From Dipteris shenzhenensis (taxonomy: Eukaryota): a stretch of 64,000 nucleotides of DNA. The DNA lies in the NCBI GenBank assembly GCA_047967505.1, contig CM106538.1; one strand, written 5' to 3'. Positions 12,321-25,340 of the stretch are shown piece by piece. Position numbers and translations under genes: made by a program. The notes beneath the pieces were generated by a model. The model was not told the DNA's origin and searched no databases. It saw only the letters and a program-made list of their open reading frames with translations. Numbering within the stretch: position 1 is the stretch's first letter; each line of letters starts with the position of its first letter.

Positions 12321-14636
12321 TAGTGGTAGCTTCCACTGAAAAAATTACCTTAGTGGCAGCAAGTGGTAGCTTCCACTAAAATAATTGCCTACTACATGGT
12401 AGCTACTGCATAATCACGCAGTAGCTACCACAATCACATGGTAGCTACTGCACAATCATGCAGTAGCTACCACATATGGAGTCAATGGACTGGTAGCTCT
12501 CTTGGCATTGTCGCTAGTGGTAGCAACTAATAGCTACTGGTGGCAATTGGTAGTAAGTGCTACCAAGGGCTGTGTTTTTGTTGCTCTAGCTTAGTGGCAA
12601 CAAGTGGTATAGCAAGTGCTATGTTTTTGTTGCTCTCGCTTAGTGGTGGCAGTAAGTGGTAGCTTGTACTCAAATAATTGCCTGCTCTTTGTTTGTGGTA
12701 GCAAATGGTATCTTCCAATCAAGCAATTGGCCACCACCCATGGTAATGGCAGCAATGGGCACCTAATGACAACTATCATGCAATTGGTGGTGGCTACCAC
12801 TTGCTACAAGAACAAGAGCACTCATACTTAATAGACGTGGTGGCTGCTACTAAATTATTTTTTAACCACTTATAGAGCTCCTACTTCAATACTGCTAGTA
12901 GCACTCAGTAGCTAAGTGCCAGCAATGGATGCCTAATGATAGATACGAATTCGTTTAGTGGTGGCTATGATTTGGTACAACAATCACAGCACTCATAGTT
13001 AATAGATGTGGTAGCTAGTACTTAGTTGTGGGGGTTAAAGGTCATTGTGCCTTTACCCCAGTTATGTACAATACTCAAACACATATATAAATGAATGAAA
13101 AAGAAGATTAGGGTGGTTCTGCACCCACCAAAACTTGTGTAGCTCTCTATTTCTCTCTCTCCTTCTTCCGTTCTTGCTTCCATTGAGAGCACTCTCAATT
13201 GGTATCAGAGCCCGGGTGATCTAGCTAAGCATGCGTGAATGCTGGAAGCTCAGCAGCTCTATGGGAGGAAGGAGAAGCTCTATGGGAAGCTTTGTGGGCG
13301 ACGTTACTTACATCCGAGTGTGCAGAGACCTTGGAGGAACCTTTGGAAAAGTCACTTTGGCTTTGCGAAGTGGTTTTTGAGAGCCTGTTAAGAGCTTTCA
13401 AAGAAAAAGTCGTTTTTTGAGCTTTTCCCTGTTCCGTTCGATGACAGAGACTCCGTATTGACTTGTAGAAGCAACTATTGCTTGCTTTTGGTGTCCACAT
13501 TACTTCAGGAGCCTGGAAACACCTTTATTCTTGAATCTGGGATCATTTCATTGGATTTCTGACTCATTGTGTCAGTTTCTGCGTTTTTTGCCTGGGTGTT
13601 GGAACTCAAGTTTGGAGCAACCATTTGTAGATCTGTCAGTTCCGGTGGACTCAGGAGGTCCTAAAACTTCTATGTTGCTCATCATTTGCACTCCGGTGAA
13701 GTTTACAAACAACTCTGTTTCCAAAAACGTTTTTCAGTCCATGTGTTGGACCCAATGATTGAGACCACAGTTTCCAAAACCGTTTGTCCCATTGCGTTTC
13801 GGATGCCCAAAAACCCCTACCTGTCAGTTCTTGCACGATTCGGTGGAGGATTTTCAGAGTTATAGATATCTGTGTATTCGATTTCGTCTCTCTGTTATAG
13901 ATTTTTCATTCTAAGGTTTTGAAACCTTAGATTTATGCCACATGGCAGTGGATAAGTGTTGACTCCCATTTCTCACTCATCGGTTGGGATTTTGGAGTTC
14001 TGGCAAAAGAGAGATATTTGCAGATTTTCTTGCTGATTCCGATTATGCAATGGTGCCCATGTTTTGAGGCATCTCAAGTTCTATTTTTAGTAGCGGTCAT
14101 TACCGTGGGACTATGATTTCTTGAGCATACCTTATGCAGATCACTCTGGTTGCAGTTTGAGCAGTGTGCGCTCATTCGTGGTGTGCATTGGGTTGCAGTG
14201 GATGATTTATAGGCCATTTGGATGCATTACGGTCCTTATTGGATGCACTGATAGGCCCAAATCGCCTTGTGGGATGCTATTTTTATGGACGCTTTGCACA
14301 TGGATGCTATTTTATGCTGAGGGACAGCTTTGACACATTGCAGGTGATGCACTGATAGTGCTATGCTCTCTTGGATGAGATATTATTGATGCATATGCTA
14401 GTGGACAGTGTTTATGCTTGAGTCATTTGGCACTTATTGGCATTTTCTTTTGGGCAAGATTTGCTCATATGGATGCATAGTATATGCACATGAGTTAGAT
14501 GCATCTTTTGATGCTTTGAGCTTTGAGTTTTGGTGATATTTCAGTCTATTGTGGCATACACATTTGGGTGCACCTGGTATTTGGTGTGATTCTCTCTTGC
14601 AGGTACTAGCATTTGGGATTTTATTTTATTTGCATC

Positions 14637-17600
14637 ATGGCATCCTCTTCCATGTCTACAAAGGAGTTTTTTACCATTAAAAAGTTTGATGGGACAAAAT
14701 TTTCTTTGTGGAAAGAACAAATAAGGGATGTGCTTATTCAAAAGAAGCAGATTAAACCCTTGGCAGGGATTGAAGCTAAGCCTGCAAATATGTCTGAGGA
14801 TGATTGGAATGAGTTGGATGCATTAGCAAAGTCTACTATTAGACTTCATCTTGCAGAGTAAGTTTATTTCACAGTAGTAAATGAGCAGACTATGGAAGAT
14901 TTGTGGAAGAAACTGTGTGCCACTTATGAGAAGGAAACTGCCTCTAATAAAGTTTACCTCATGAAGAGGTTGTTTGAGCTGCAGATGAAGGAAGGCGTCT
15001 CCATTACTTCTCACTTGAATGAATTCAATATTATTTTCAGCCAGCTTCAGGCTCAGAAGATGAATTTTGATGCGGAGACTAAGGCAATATTTCTCTTATG
15101 TTCATTGCCATCCTCATGGGATACCTTCCGTACAGCTGTCAGTAACTCTGCACCTAGTGGAGTACTAAAATTTGATGATGTTTGGGTAGCTTGTTGGCTG
15201 AGGAGATTAGATGGAAGTCTATGGATGGCAACAAGCAGGTGCAGCCTTAAATGTGCAAAGGGGCAGATCACAGTTCAGGGGGAAGTCCCAAGAAAGAGGG
15301 AAGTCTCGTAGCAAATCTAGGGCATGGAACATTGAATGTTACCATTGTGGCAAGAAGGGCCATATGAAAAAGGATTGCTACAAGTTGAAAAGAGAGCAAA
15401 AGGATAAAAAAAAGAATGCAAATTGGGGTGCAAATCAAAAGGAAGAGAGTCCAAGGGAGGACAAAGGAAAAGTGAAGATCGAGGAGATCAATGCAGTCAC
15501 ACATGATAGTGACAATGACGTTCTCTTCATGTCTAGTTTATTTGCAGAGTTGCTTACCACTTCAGATGATCCATATTCCCAGGATTGGATTTTGGATTCT
15601 GGTGCTTCATTGCATGTTACTCCCCATAGGGAATGGTTCTCCACTTATGACAGTGGAAAGACAGGTTGTGTGCATCTTGGAAATGACTATGCATGTGACA
15701 TAGTGGGAGCAGGTGACATAAAGTTTTCTTTTGCAAATGGGTCTGCATTTGTTTTGAACCATGTGAGACATGTGCCCAAGTTGAACAAGAGTCTTATTTC
15801 AGTGGGTCAGCTAGATGATGCTGGTTTTCACACCACTTTTGGTTTTCAGAGTTGGAAAATTCAGAAGGGCTCTATGCTTTTGGCCAGGGGTGCCAAGTGT
15901 GGGACTTTGTATCCCTTAAATGTATCAGGGGTATTTGATCATGTTATTGCAATAACCGAGTAGCCAAGCACTTCTTTGTGGCATTGCAGGTTGGGGCACA
16001 TGAGCCAGAATGGAATGAAACTCTTATGCCGTTTGGGTTATGTACTGCATTTGAGTTTCTCTGATTTTGAATTTTGTGAGCACTGTCTCTATGGGAAGAA
16101 TACTAAATCAGCCCATAAAAGAAGGGGAAAGAAAGAGTTTGAAAAGCTTGATTTGGTGCATTCAGATGTATGCGGTCCCATGCCTACACGGTCATTAGGC
16201 GGGGCTGAATACTATGTGACATTCATTGATGATGCAACTAGGAAAGTGTGGGCTTATGCTATAGCTCGGAAGAGTGATGTGTTCCAGGTATTTTCAAAAA
16301 TGGCTGGCCTTGATTGAGAATCAGTCAGGTAGAATGCTTAAATGCCTACGGACTGACAATGGTGGAGAGTATCTCTCTCATGACTTTCAGCATTTCTGTG
16401 ATACACATGGGATTAAGAGGGAGCTCACATCCCATCGTACTCCAGAGAAAAATCCAGTTGCAGAAAAGATGAACCGTACCATTCAAGAAAGGTTGCAATG
16501 CATGCTTTCCAATGCAAGTCTTTCTGGTGGTTTTTGGGCTGAGGTAATGAAGACTGCAGTGCATGTGATCAATAGATCACCTAGTAAGAGTTTGGATGGT
16601 GGTATTCCTAAAGAGGCATGGAGTGGCAAGAAGCCCTCTTACTCTCATTTGCGTATATTTGGGTGTGAGGCATATGCACATGTGCCAAAAGAGCTTCGAA
16701 AGAAGCTAGATCCTAAGTCTAGGAAATGCATCTTTCTGGGTTATGGTGTTATGGTGAAAGTGGAGAGATGGGCTATTGTCTCTGGGATCCAGAAGCAAAG
16801 AAGATCATACGCAGCCATGATGTGGTCTTCAATGAAAAGAAGATGCATAAGGCACCCATGAGGGATGTGGAAATGAGGAGAATCACTTTCCAAGATGTGA
16901 ATCCACCTGCATATGTTGATAGACAGCAAGCTGTCCATGCACCAAATGTGCAAGAAATGGTACCACCAAGTACTCCCACAGGTATACAATCAAGGGTAGA
17001 TGATGGATCATCTATTGGTGGAAATGATGAGCCAAATGTGGCTGATATGCAGGTGGGACAGCAAGCTGAAATGCCCTTGAGAAGATCATCTAGAGTGTCT
17101 AGACCGCCTGATAAGTTTGTTCCAGGGGTAGACTATGTGATGCTTACTGATTGCGGGGAGCCTTCTTGCTACAAAGAGGCTATGATGCGTGGGGATCAAT
17201 GCAAGTGGGAGTATGCTATGCAATCAAGATGAGTTCACTTATGAAGAATAAGACTTGGGACTTGGTTTCTTTGCCACATGGAAAGAAAGCATTGCCATGT
17301 AAATGGGTCTACAAAATGAAGGTCACAGGTGATGATGTGCCTAGGTACAAGGCCCGTTTGGTTGCTAAAGGGTTCAAGCAAGAGAAGGGTGTGGACTTTG
17401 ATGAGATATTCTCTCCGGTTGTGAAGATGACCACACTTAGATGCATGCTTGTACTAGTGGCATCAAAGGATATGGAGCTTCTGCAAATGGATGTCAAGAC
17501 AGCTTTCTTGCATGGGGATTTGCATGAGGAAATTTACATGGTGCAACCGGAAGGCTTTGAAGAAAAGGGCAAAGAGCATTTAGTTTGCAAGCTAAAGAAG

Positions 17601-18450
17601 AGTCTCTATGGTCTTAAGCAAGCGCCTAGAGAATGGTATCAGAAGTTTGATGCTTTCATTTGGTCCCAGGGTTTTAGAAGGAGTGAAATTGATCACTGCC
17701 TCTACACTAAAAGGGCTAAGGATAATAGACTGATAATCTTGGCACTATATGTGGATGATATGCTATTGGCTAGCAAGAATACTTATGAGCTAGATGCATT
17801 AAAGGCCATATGTGAAACTGAGTCATACAGATAGTCCCAAATCAGATGAGGAAAGGGCCATGATGGCCAAGGTTCCTTATGCATCAGCGGTTGGGAGTCT
17901 TATGTATGCTATGATAGCTACTAGACCAGACATTGCATTTGCAGTGGGAGTTGTTAGCCGGCTAATCCAGGAAAGAGGCATTTGGAGGTAGTTAAGTGCA
18001 TCATGAGGTACATGAAGGGTACCAAGGAGATGTGCATCTGCTTTGGTAAAGGAGACATGCGTGTACTTGGGTACACAGATTCAGACTATGCAAGGCATGT
18101 GGATAGTAGGAGATCCACTTCTAATTATGTGTTCATCTTTGCAGGTGGTGCAGTGTCGTGGATGTCTCGTGCACAGAATTGCATTGCTTTGTCTACCACA
18201 GAGGCTGAGTATGTTGCAGCCACAGAGGGTTGCAAGGAGGCTATATGGCTTGATCAGCTAGTGGGAGATTTGGGGATTCATATAGGTGTACCGACATTGC
18301 ATAGTGATTCCATGAGTGCTATTCAGCTAGCACGGAATCCGGTCTTTCATGCAAAGACTAAACACATTGAGGTCAGGTACCATTTCATCAGGGAGGTACT
18401 TGAGGACAAGCGCATAGAGCTTGTCAAGGTTCATACAGATGATAACCCTG
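14637..18450 (+). pseudogene. Copia family-B gag-pol pseudogene (Tnt1-like organisation)
   Basis: KKFDGTKFSLWK; CYHCGKKGHMKKDC; WILDSGAS; WHCRLGHMS; LVHSDVCGP; LRTDNGGEY; QMDVKTAFLHG; LYVDDML; KTKHIEVRYHF..DDNPA. Stops and frameshifts present. Confidence 0.94.
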
Positions 18451-19104
18451 CTTGTGGGCAGCTTGATTTACTTGTGCAACATGCGGCCGAACATCATCTT
18501 TGTGACTGGTGTACTAAGCAGGTTTTCCAATAAGCCCCGGGAGAACCATTGGAGGGCAGGGATGCGAGTGCTGAAATACATCAAAGGCACACTTGATTAT
18601 GGCATCACCTATAACAAGGGCAACATCTTGACCGGATTCTGTGACTCAGATTGGGCAGGAGATGTGGACAACAAGAGATCAATGACAGGTTATTGTTTCT
18701 CACTTGGATCTGGAGTTGTGTCATGGGTCAGCAAGAAGCAACCCACAGTTGCTCTTTCTTCTACCTAGGCCGAGTACAAAAATCAGCATGCTTTGGTTCT
18801 TGCGAGGCAGTGTGGTTGAGGAGGATTTTAGGGGACATGGGTGTAGTGCAAAACAAGCCTATGCAGTTATCATGTGACAATTAGAGTTGCAAGCATGGCG
18901 ATTGCAAAGAAACCTGTGTTCCACGCTCGCACAAAACACATTGAGATTCAATATCACTTTGTACGTGAGCTCATCACGGATGAAGAGGTCGACTTGGTGT
19001 ACTGTTCAACTATAGAGAATGCTGCGGACATCTTCACGAAGGCTCTTGGAAGAGACTTGCTGGAGAGGCATCTTCATCGACTTAGCATTGGGCCAAAAAA
19101 GTAA
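18451..19104 (+). pseudogene. Copia family-A RT C-terminus and RNase H fragment
   Basis: Near-identical to ~9449-10098 (LVGSLIYLCNMRP...ERHLHRL.IGPKK). Confidence 0.93.
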
Positions 19105-19134
19105 GTTCACTTGCGGGTGGACATTGAGGGGGGG

Positions 19135-19857
19135 TGTTAGACATCAATGCTCCACTCTCATGTAACTATGCGGGAACCAACTAACTCTACTTGTAAGTCC
19201 CCCATATGAGGAGAAGGCATTTAAGTAGCTCGGTTATCCGATAGGTCCTGGTTTGGACACCAGATGGGGGCCATGTGTGGCCTGAAGGGTGGACGGAGTT
19301 GGCAAACTACCAACTAGGCTACATGCAAGTGCGGGAAGGCATCCCATGATTGACCGCATTGAGGGTAGACGGAGCATTTCTCGAGGTAGCCCACTCTCGA
19401 GTTGCAGGGCCCGTTTGGAGTCCCAGATGATCCCGGATGGTTGTGGGCCGAACGGTAACCGTAGGTTACTTGCTCTACTTTGCGCACCGGTTCTATCGTG
19501 TGGTCGGTGCCCTATTTCAGGACCCGACCCCTAGTCGACCGTTTTGGGTAGACTGGGTCGGTCACCCAATTGGGCCCAATCGACTACGACTGGTGGCTAT
19601 ATAAGAGCAAGCCCGTGAAGCCCATTTTATCACTGGCTATAGCAACCCTGATTCCTTAGCATCCAGCCTCCGTCCTCTACTATTTCCAGCATGCCATCAA
19701 AGCTTCTCTCACAAGAGCGCACGGTTGGGAGGCAGCACCATTTATTGTATTAGTTCTACAGTAATCAAATTTTTGATTCTCCATACTATCTGGTTTTCTC
19801 TCTTGCGTATGAGATCCTGTTATTTGTTGAGCACAGATGTTGTATTGTTTTCTTACA
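19135..19857 (+). repeat. Third LTR of copia family A (3' LTR)
   Basis: TGTTAGACATCAATGCTCC...TTTTCTTACA, preceded by a G-rich PPT. Confidence 0.95.
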
Positions 19858-21005
19858 GTTAGAAGGATGTCATTATTAATAACATTGATTTCAATTATTG
19901 GGCCTGATGACCTCTCGTCTTGGTCCATTGCCACAAGTTTTATGCCAATCATCCTGCTGCATTTATAGTAAAAAGAGAAAATAAAGTTTTGAGAGGAAAT
20001 CATGTATTTAATGTTGATGGAGTTATGAGCAACCTCACAATACACATTGTTGGCCACCATTCTATCCCAACCATTTCCAAAAATTTTGGAATTGAAACTT
20101 CATCACACCCTTTTGCTCTAAAAGTTAACATTGTCTTACAAACTTTAACTAGATAATCTTGAAAAAGTTCTATAAAAATTGTAAATGGGATGAAAACATT
20201 GATTTTAACTATCTTGGTAGCAATATTTGGTTTTAGGGAATGTTGTACTTCCAAAAATAGTTTGGCTCTGTATGATTCTGTGATGCTGCCATCAGGGACT
20301 GGCCAATCAACTGTATTCCATGCTGGGAGATCTTGCTTTTTTAATAAACCGTGTGAGTGAGCATTGTACATCAATTGATAAAAGTGATCATAATAAAATA
20401 TACCCGATTTAGCCAACACTGTTGATTTTCTACCTTTGTACTGTAGCTCCCCAATAGCACCATGTAAAGCATCAAAGAATCCCAGAATGCACTCCATTGG
20501 TTGCAACTCTTTGTATGATGAGGGATATATATATCTGGACCAAAACAAAGAGACTATCTGTCATAGAAAGAAATAGTTATTTCGTTTTAAGTATTTCATT
20601 AGACAAATACACTTACAATTGGGTCTATGGTGTGGAAGATAAACATGATAATCTCGTAATATAAGTTCTTGGTGCATGTAGACATCTTATATCCGAACCT
20701 ATCTAACGCATCTTGTGCCTTCCTTTTTCACTCTAAAATCTTTCACTCTGCCCTTCCAAGAAGCCAAAAAAGTGTTAGTTGATTGTTGCTTTCTCCACTT
20801 GTTGGGTTGCATTAGAACCCCATCTCCTTTTGCCACTGCAATCCTTTTCCAACTACCGTCCCACATTTACATTATTAAAAAATTCTACACGTGAGATTAG
20901 TGAGGTAGGTCTTCATGGCAAAGAGATACTTTGTACTTCCACATCTTCGCCAGGTAGAGCGACAGACTGTTTCCTAGTGGTACTACCAAATTTTTTGGTT
21001 GCCAT
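19858..21005 (-). pseudogene. BAH-like cargo gene, paralog of 51279-52601, 3'-truncated
   Basis: FLASWKGRVKDF...HRPN|YIYPSSYKELQPMECILGFFDALHG...SGIFYYDHFY...SQNFIFSFYYKCSRM, with the same intron position as the paralog. Stops present. Confidence 0.8.
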
Positions 21006-21543
21006 CTAAAATCCTCACTCTAATACCTGCGAAGTCAAAGAAACACACACCAAAATAGTAAGAGATTAACAAAAATGAACGAAACTGCAAACAAGCGAAT
21101 AAAAGGTGAAAGGAGCTTATTGTCTTGAAAGTTTAAGAGCATCACAACAACAATGATGAAACGAGGAATGCTTGTCAAAGAGAGAATGGAATGGCTCGCC
21201 ATGGTGAAAGTAGAGAAATTCTTGTTGAAGAGAGAATGACACCAGAGAACAAGAGAAAATGGATGATTGTTTTGGGTTACCACATGAGAAGGTTTCAAAA
21301 TGGAGCTTCGTTTTGATTTTGGGTCCACATCTCTTGGTACGACAAGCGAACCGTAAAAGAATAAAAAACAAATCTTGTCATTAATGCCACACGCTTGTAA
21401 CAACATAAAGTACTATTTTCTTTTTCATATTTTTAACTTTTTTTGTGGAATTTCTACGTTACATTGGCCTTCTCCTCATTGGTTGAGAAACCTTTTTCTA
21501 AAACCCTAAAAGGCCCCAAAATAAGCTCCCTTTTTTCCTAATG
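19858..21543. mobile_element. Truncated right-end copy of the CATTAGG-TIR transposon family (compare 43292-53093)
   Basis: Ends aaggccccaaaataagctcccttttttcctaatg at 21543, the same TIR as 53060-53093. The subterminal ~21400-21543 matches ~52950-53093. Carries a homolog of the 51279-52601 gene and is cut on the left by the copia LTR. Confidence 0.88.
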
Positions 21544-23454
21544 CTTTTGTATTTTTTATAGATGGTAGAGGGGAAACCATATGAGATGAGTTCACATGGA
21601 TCTGAAGTCAGGAAGGCCACAATATTTCCTTCAAGTTTAATCGATATGGTGATTGCTGGAAAAACTAAAAGTGAAATATTTAAAACAATAAAAGGATCAC
21701 TAAAAGACTTTCCTAACATAGAGAGTTAAATATATCACTTGTGTGGAAACTCAAAGCATTTGATGATGGCATGGTTCACGCTGAAGAATTCTAAAGATTT
21801 GTTTAAGCTACGAGAAATAGGAAGCAACTTTGATGTTCAGGTTGTCATTGGCCAACAACCTCAATATCTATCATTTGGTGCAGAGAAGTTTTAAATCCTA
21901 AGATATCAAGGAAAAGATGTTAATGATAAAGTTATAATGGCCACCCTCAGGTTTGATACAAACTTTCTCTTAGCTTAGTATTTATATATTGATTAAATCT
22001 AATGAGCTAATGTTTGGTTTTTTTTTTATGTAGTACAATGATATCTTGGTTTCCTCGAAATCTTGGAACGTGTGTATATGTCATAGATTCCATGCTTTCT
22101 ACATGGCTCAATAATAATAAAAAGTCAATAGAAGATATATGCACCTGGCTGCAATCTCTCAATATGGACAATGTATGAGTTATCATTTTTCCATATTATG
22201 AGGTGTAATGACACTACAACCTCATATTTACTTTTGTGAGAGGTAAGATGAAGTCAAATAATAAAGATTCTTAATTGGCCATGCAGGAAACATTGGAGTT
22301 TGGTGGCTTTGGACCTACAAGCCAAGAAATGCTATTTTACCAATTCAATGGCAAGATATCATGGTAATGTGTTAGCATAAGTATACTCTTAATGCATTGT
22401 AACTTTCGTGGTACACTTACTCTTAATGCATTGTAACTTTCGTGGTATGTATCTTTTGCGATGCACTTATTCATTCCCTTGTATGTTATGATGGATAGGT
22501 CTACATCAAGGTTAATAAGTGCAATTGAATAAGTCACAAAGTATGATGGTGACTTGAAAGAAGCAATGGACTTACAATGATGCGAGATTGTAGAGCAAAA
22601 TGATCCATACAGCTATGGGTAGAGAGTGTGCTACAACTGCAAGTTGCTCCTCGATGAAATATTTGATGTGAAGGGTTCACAATCCTCAATGTCTACATAT
22701 TCCGATGCAGAACTATATACATTTATGGCTCATACCATTCGATACATAATTTCTCAATCTCCAATTAAAGTAATTGAGACACCCAAGTCTGCATCAAAGA
22801 CTCTTGAGGAAGTAGAGACTCAATGTGACTCCCAATCCATCACATCCTTTAAAGGAGTCTAGTCTCAAAGCATCACAATCAACTACAGCCATCGCAAAAG
22901 TAGAGATTCAATGTATGCTTGAGGAGTATAAAACCAAAGCATCAAAAGGGAGTCCACTTGCAGAATTAGAGACTTGATCTACGGCAAAAACATAACACCA
23001 TTTTGGGGATTCTATGCCCAAAGCATCCCAGCAAAGTCCACGAGTGGAAGTAGAGACTCATTCTATGCTGCAGGAATCATAGCCTCCCAAGGATTCTATG
23101 CCCAATGAATCACTATCTACCCCACACTCAAAAGAAGAGATTCAATATATGCCCAAAGAATCACAACCTCCACTAGATTCTATGCCTAAACCATCACAAT
23201 CGAGTCCATGCTTGGAAGTAGACAAATTCTATGACCAAAGGAAAAGTCCATATATGCCTAAAGCATCAAAGCCTTGAGAGAAAGAGTCTATTTCCAAAGC
23301 ATCACAACGGAGTCCACAGCAAGCATAAAAATCCACTTTTTATGAAGCTTTATGATGGGGTTTAGCATGTACATGAGTTTTTTTTGAAGTAGAAAAAACT
23401 TTATTGGCAAGTGATCCATGTAAAAGTGCAGTCACAAAACTTTGTATTTGTGAT

Positions 23455-23662
23455 TTTGTTGCTCATAATGTTATTTTGGTTTATTTTATTAAATGTGTGA
23501 ATACATAATGGGCATTTATTATGGATACATATTAAATGTGTGACTTGTTTTCCTTTGCTCACAATGTTATTTTGGTTGATTTTATTAAATATGTGAATAC
23601 ATAAGGGGCATTTACTCATGGATACATAAGGGGCATTTATCATGGATACATATTAAATGTTT
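23455..23662. repeat. ~97-bp AT-rich tandem duplication
   Basis: ttgctca.aatgttattttggtt..ttttattaaat.tgtgaatacataa.gggcattta occurs twice. Confidence 0.8.
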
Positions 23663-24204
23663 GATGATGAAAAAAAATCATCTTTGATGATATAATAAAT
23701 ATCTCATGATTGGAATGTGATAATTATATTATTCGGGTGAAAGCATGCTACGATGTCTAAAAAAGTACTCTTTTTAGCAAAGGTTCTAGCATAGATATAG
23801 TACTAAATTGTGTACTAAAAGGCATTGATAGTTGGATTAGATTTTCACTTATCGAGGAGTCCACGATCTGCAATCTACAATCCACTCTCAATTGAGGATG
23901 ATTTCCCCGCACATCGAGGAATCCACGATCTACAATCTACTCTCGATTGACTCTCTTCTCTCATGGAACACTCACACATGTTTGAAACCATTGACAGTCG
24001 ACTCTCTTCTCTCTCGTGGAGTCCTATCTTTGTCCCAGCAATTATCTCTGCTCATCTTCACTAGAGGTCCATTTCTCTCTCTCTCCCCGGCTCTCTCCAT
24101 TCTCTGTGCAAATTGGCTCTCCCCTTCTCTCTCATTGAAGCCCTCCCACTTTGGACCGTATGTTCTCTCTCGCACAAAAACTAGTTATGTTTGGGTGATT
24201 CTAC

Positions 24205-24243
<39 letters not shown>

Positions 24244-24329
24244 GATGACTTTCTCGTATAGTAAGATTGAGCATGCATGTTTTGACGTATTGTCTTCTTA
24301 TGTCGTTCATTAATTTAGGATTTACCATT

Positions 24330-24976
24330 AAAATACAGTTGTGCACAAGATGGAGAACTCTGCACTAGAAGTTCCACACCATGAAGGGAACTCGCTCAAT
24401 GCACTGCCATAGCATTGCTTCAAAAGGAACATGAGACACTTAACATCAATAGGTGTGTGACATTTCAAGCATACCACAAAGAACTTGGACTTGAGAACGA
24501 AGGCTAACATTTTGTCTAAGGTTATAAAACATCCAGATATGCAAGAGGCTGTCGATGAGACAAATTTTCAAAGCTAGTCCATATCAATGGCAATAATGGA
24601 TAACCTAAAGACATCATTGAGTCTTTTGAAAGAGTAGAAAGTGTTGATAAGTTACCTATAAAGAGAGTAGCTCTCCACATGATTGCTAACACTTTAGCAT
24701 TTAAAAAATATAGTGATAGCAAAGTAGCTAAAGCCCTTGGAATTCAAGCACAGAATCTAAAGAAACATGGCGTGGACATAAAACAAGCTTCCTTCAAATG
24801 GGCAGATGGAGGTCAAAAGCATAAACAGGATTCCTTAAGTTGTAAGGTTGTTCAATGTGTTGTCCAGTTCTGGAAAGACAACACTAGGGTTTTCCCAAAC
24901 AAGAAGGATGTTTGCAAGCATAGGTTGGCCCAAGAAAGTATGCAATACATCCCACCCATTTCTTGGAGCTCATAGA
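24330..24976 (+). pseudogene. N-terminal fragment of a DNA transposase, probably the same type as 4300-11552 but on the opposite strand
   Basis: KVAKALGI...QDSLSCKVVQCVVQFWKDNTRVFPNKKDVCKHRL then (frameshift) ..IHPTHFLE, a segment that in this protein type precedes I.QR.FEKLKP.FV...TCCC. Recognition is from memory. Confidence 0.5.
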
Positions 24977-25340
24977 TGTGCATCTTTCTTCTTTCAACAA
25001 AGCCCAAGTTACACACTATTATTTGGTACTCTTTACAACTATTTAGTACTATTAGGGATAATATTAGTATTGCTCAGATGTTAAAGCTAACATTTAACAC
25101 TATAACAGACTCTATATGAAGCAAATTTAGCACTAAATCATAGAATCACACTACTAAATACTACACCGGGGACTTAATACGTTTATAATATAGACCATAT
25201 TTTAGAAATCAGTCCTAGGAATAAAGATAGGACAAAATAGTATTGTTTGCAATTATGACTAAACAGAATACTCGTTATGACTAAATAGTACTATTTAATG
25301 TTAATTAGTAGTGTGTGATGTTTAAAATTGTTTGTATTAG

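Larger units (their letters stand above)
13027..19857 (+). mobile_element. Chimeric copia: family-B 5' portion fused to a family-A 3' portion
   Basis: Short putative 5' LTR ~13027-13197, PBS TGGTATCAGAGC at 13200-13211, and family-B gag-pol 14637-18450. The sequence switches at 18450-18452 to family-A RT/RNase H, PPT and LTR 19135-19857. The two LTRs are unrelated and there is no TSD. Confidence 0.88.

Noticed and set aside
13021-19862. TSD CTTAG/GTTAG around the chimeric copia
   Set aside because: It needs a non-TG LTR start and has a mismatch, and the flanking sequences do not rejoin.
21550-23400. Degenerate gene-like region with Ser/Gln-rich repeats
   Set aside because: Too many stops and no recognisable domain.
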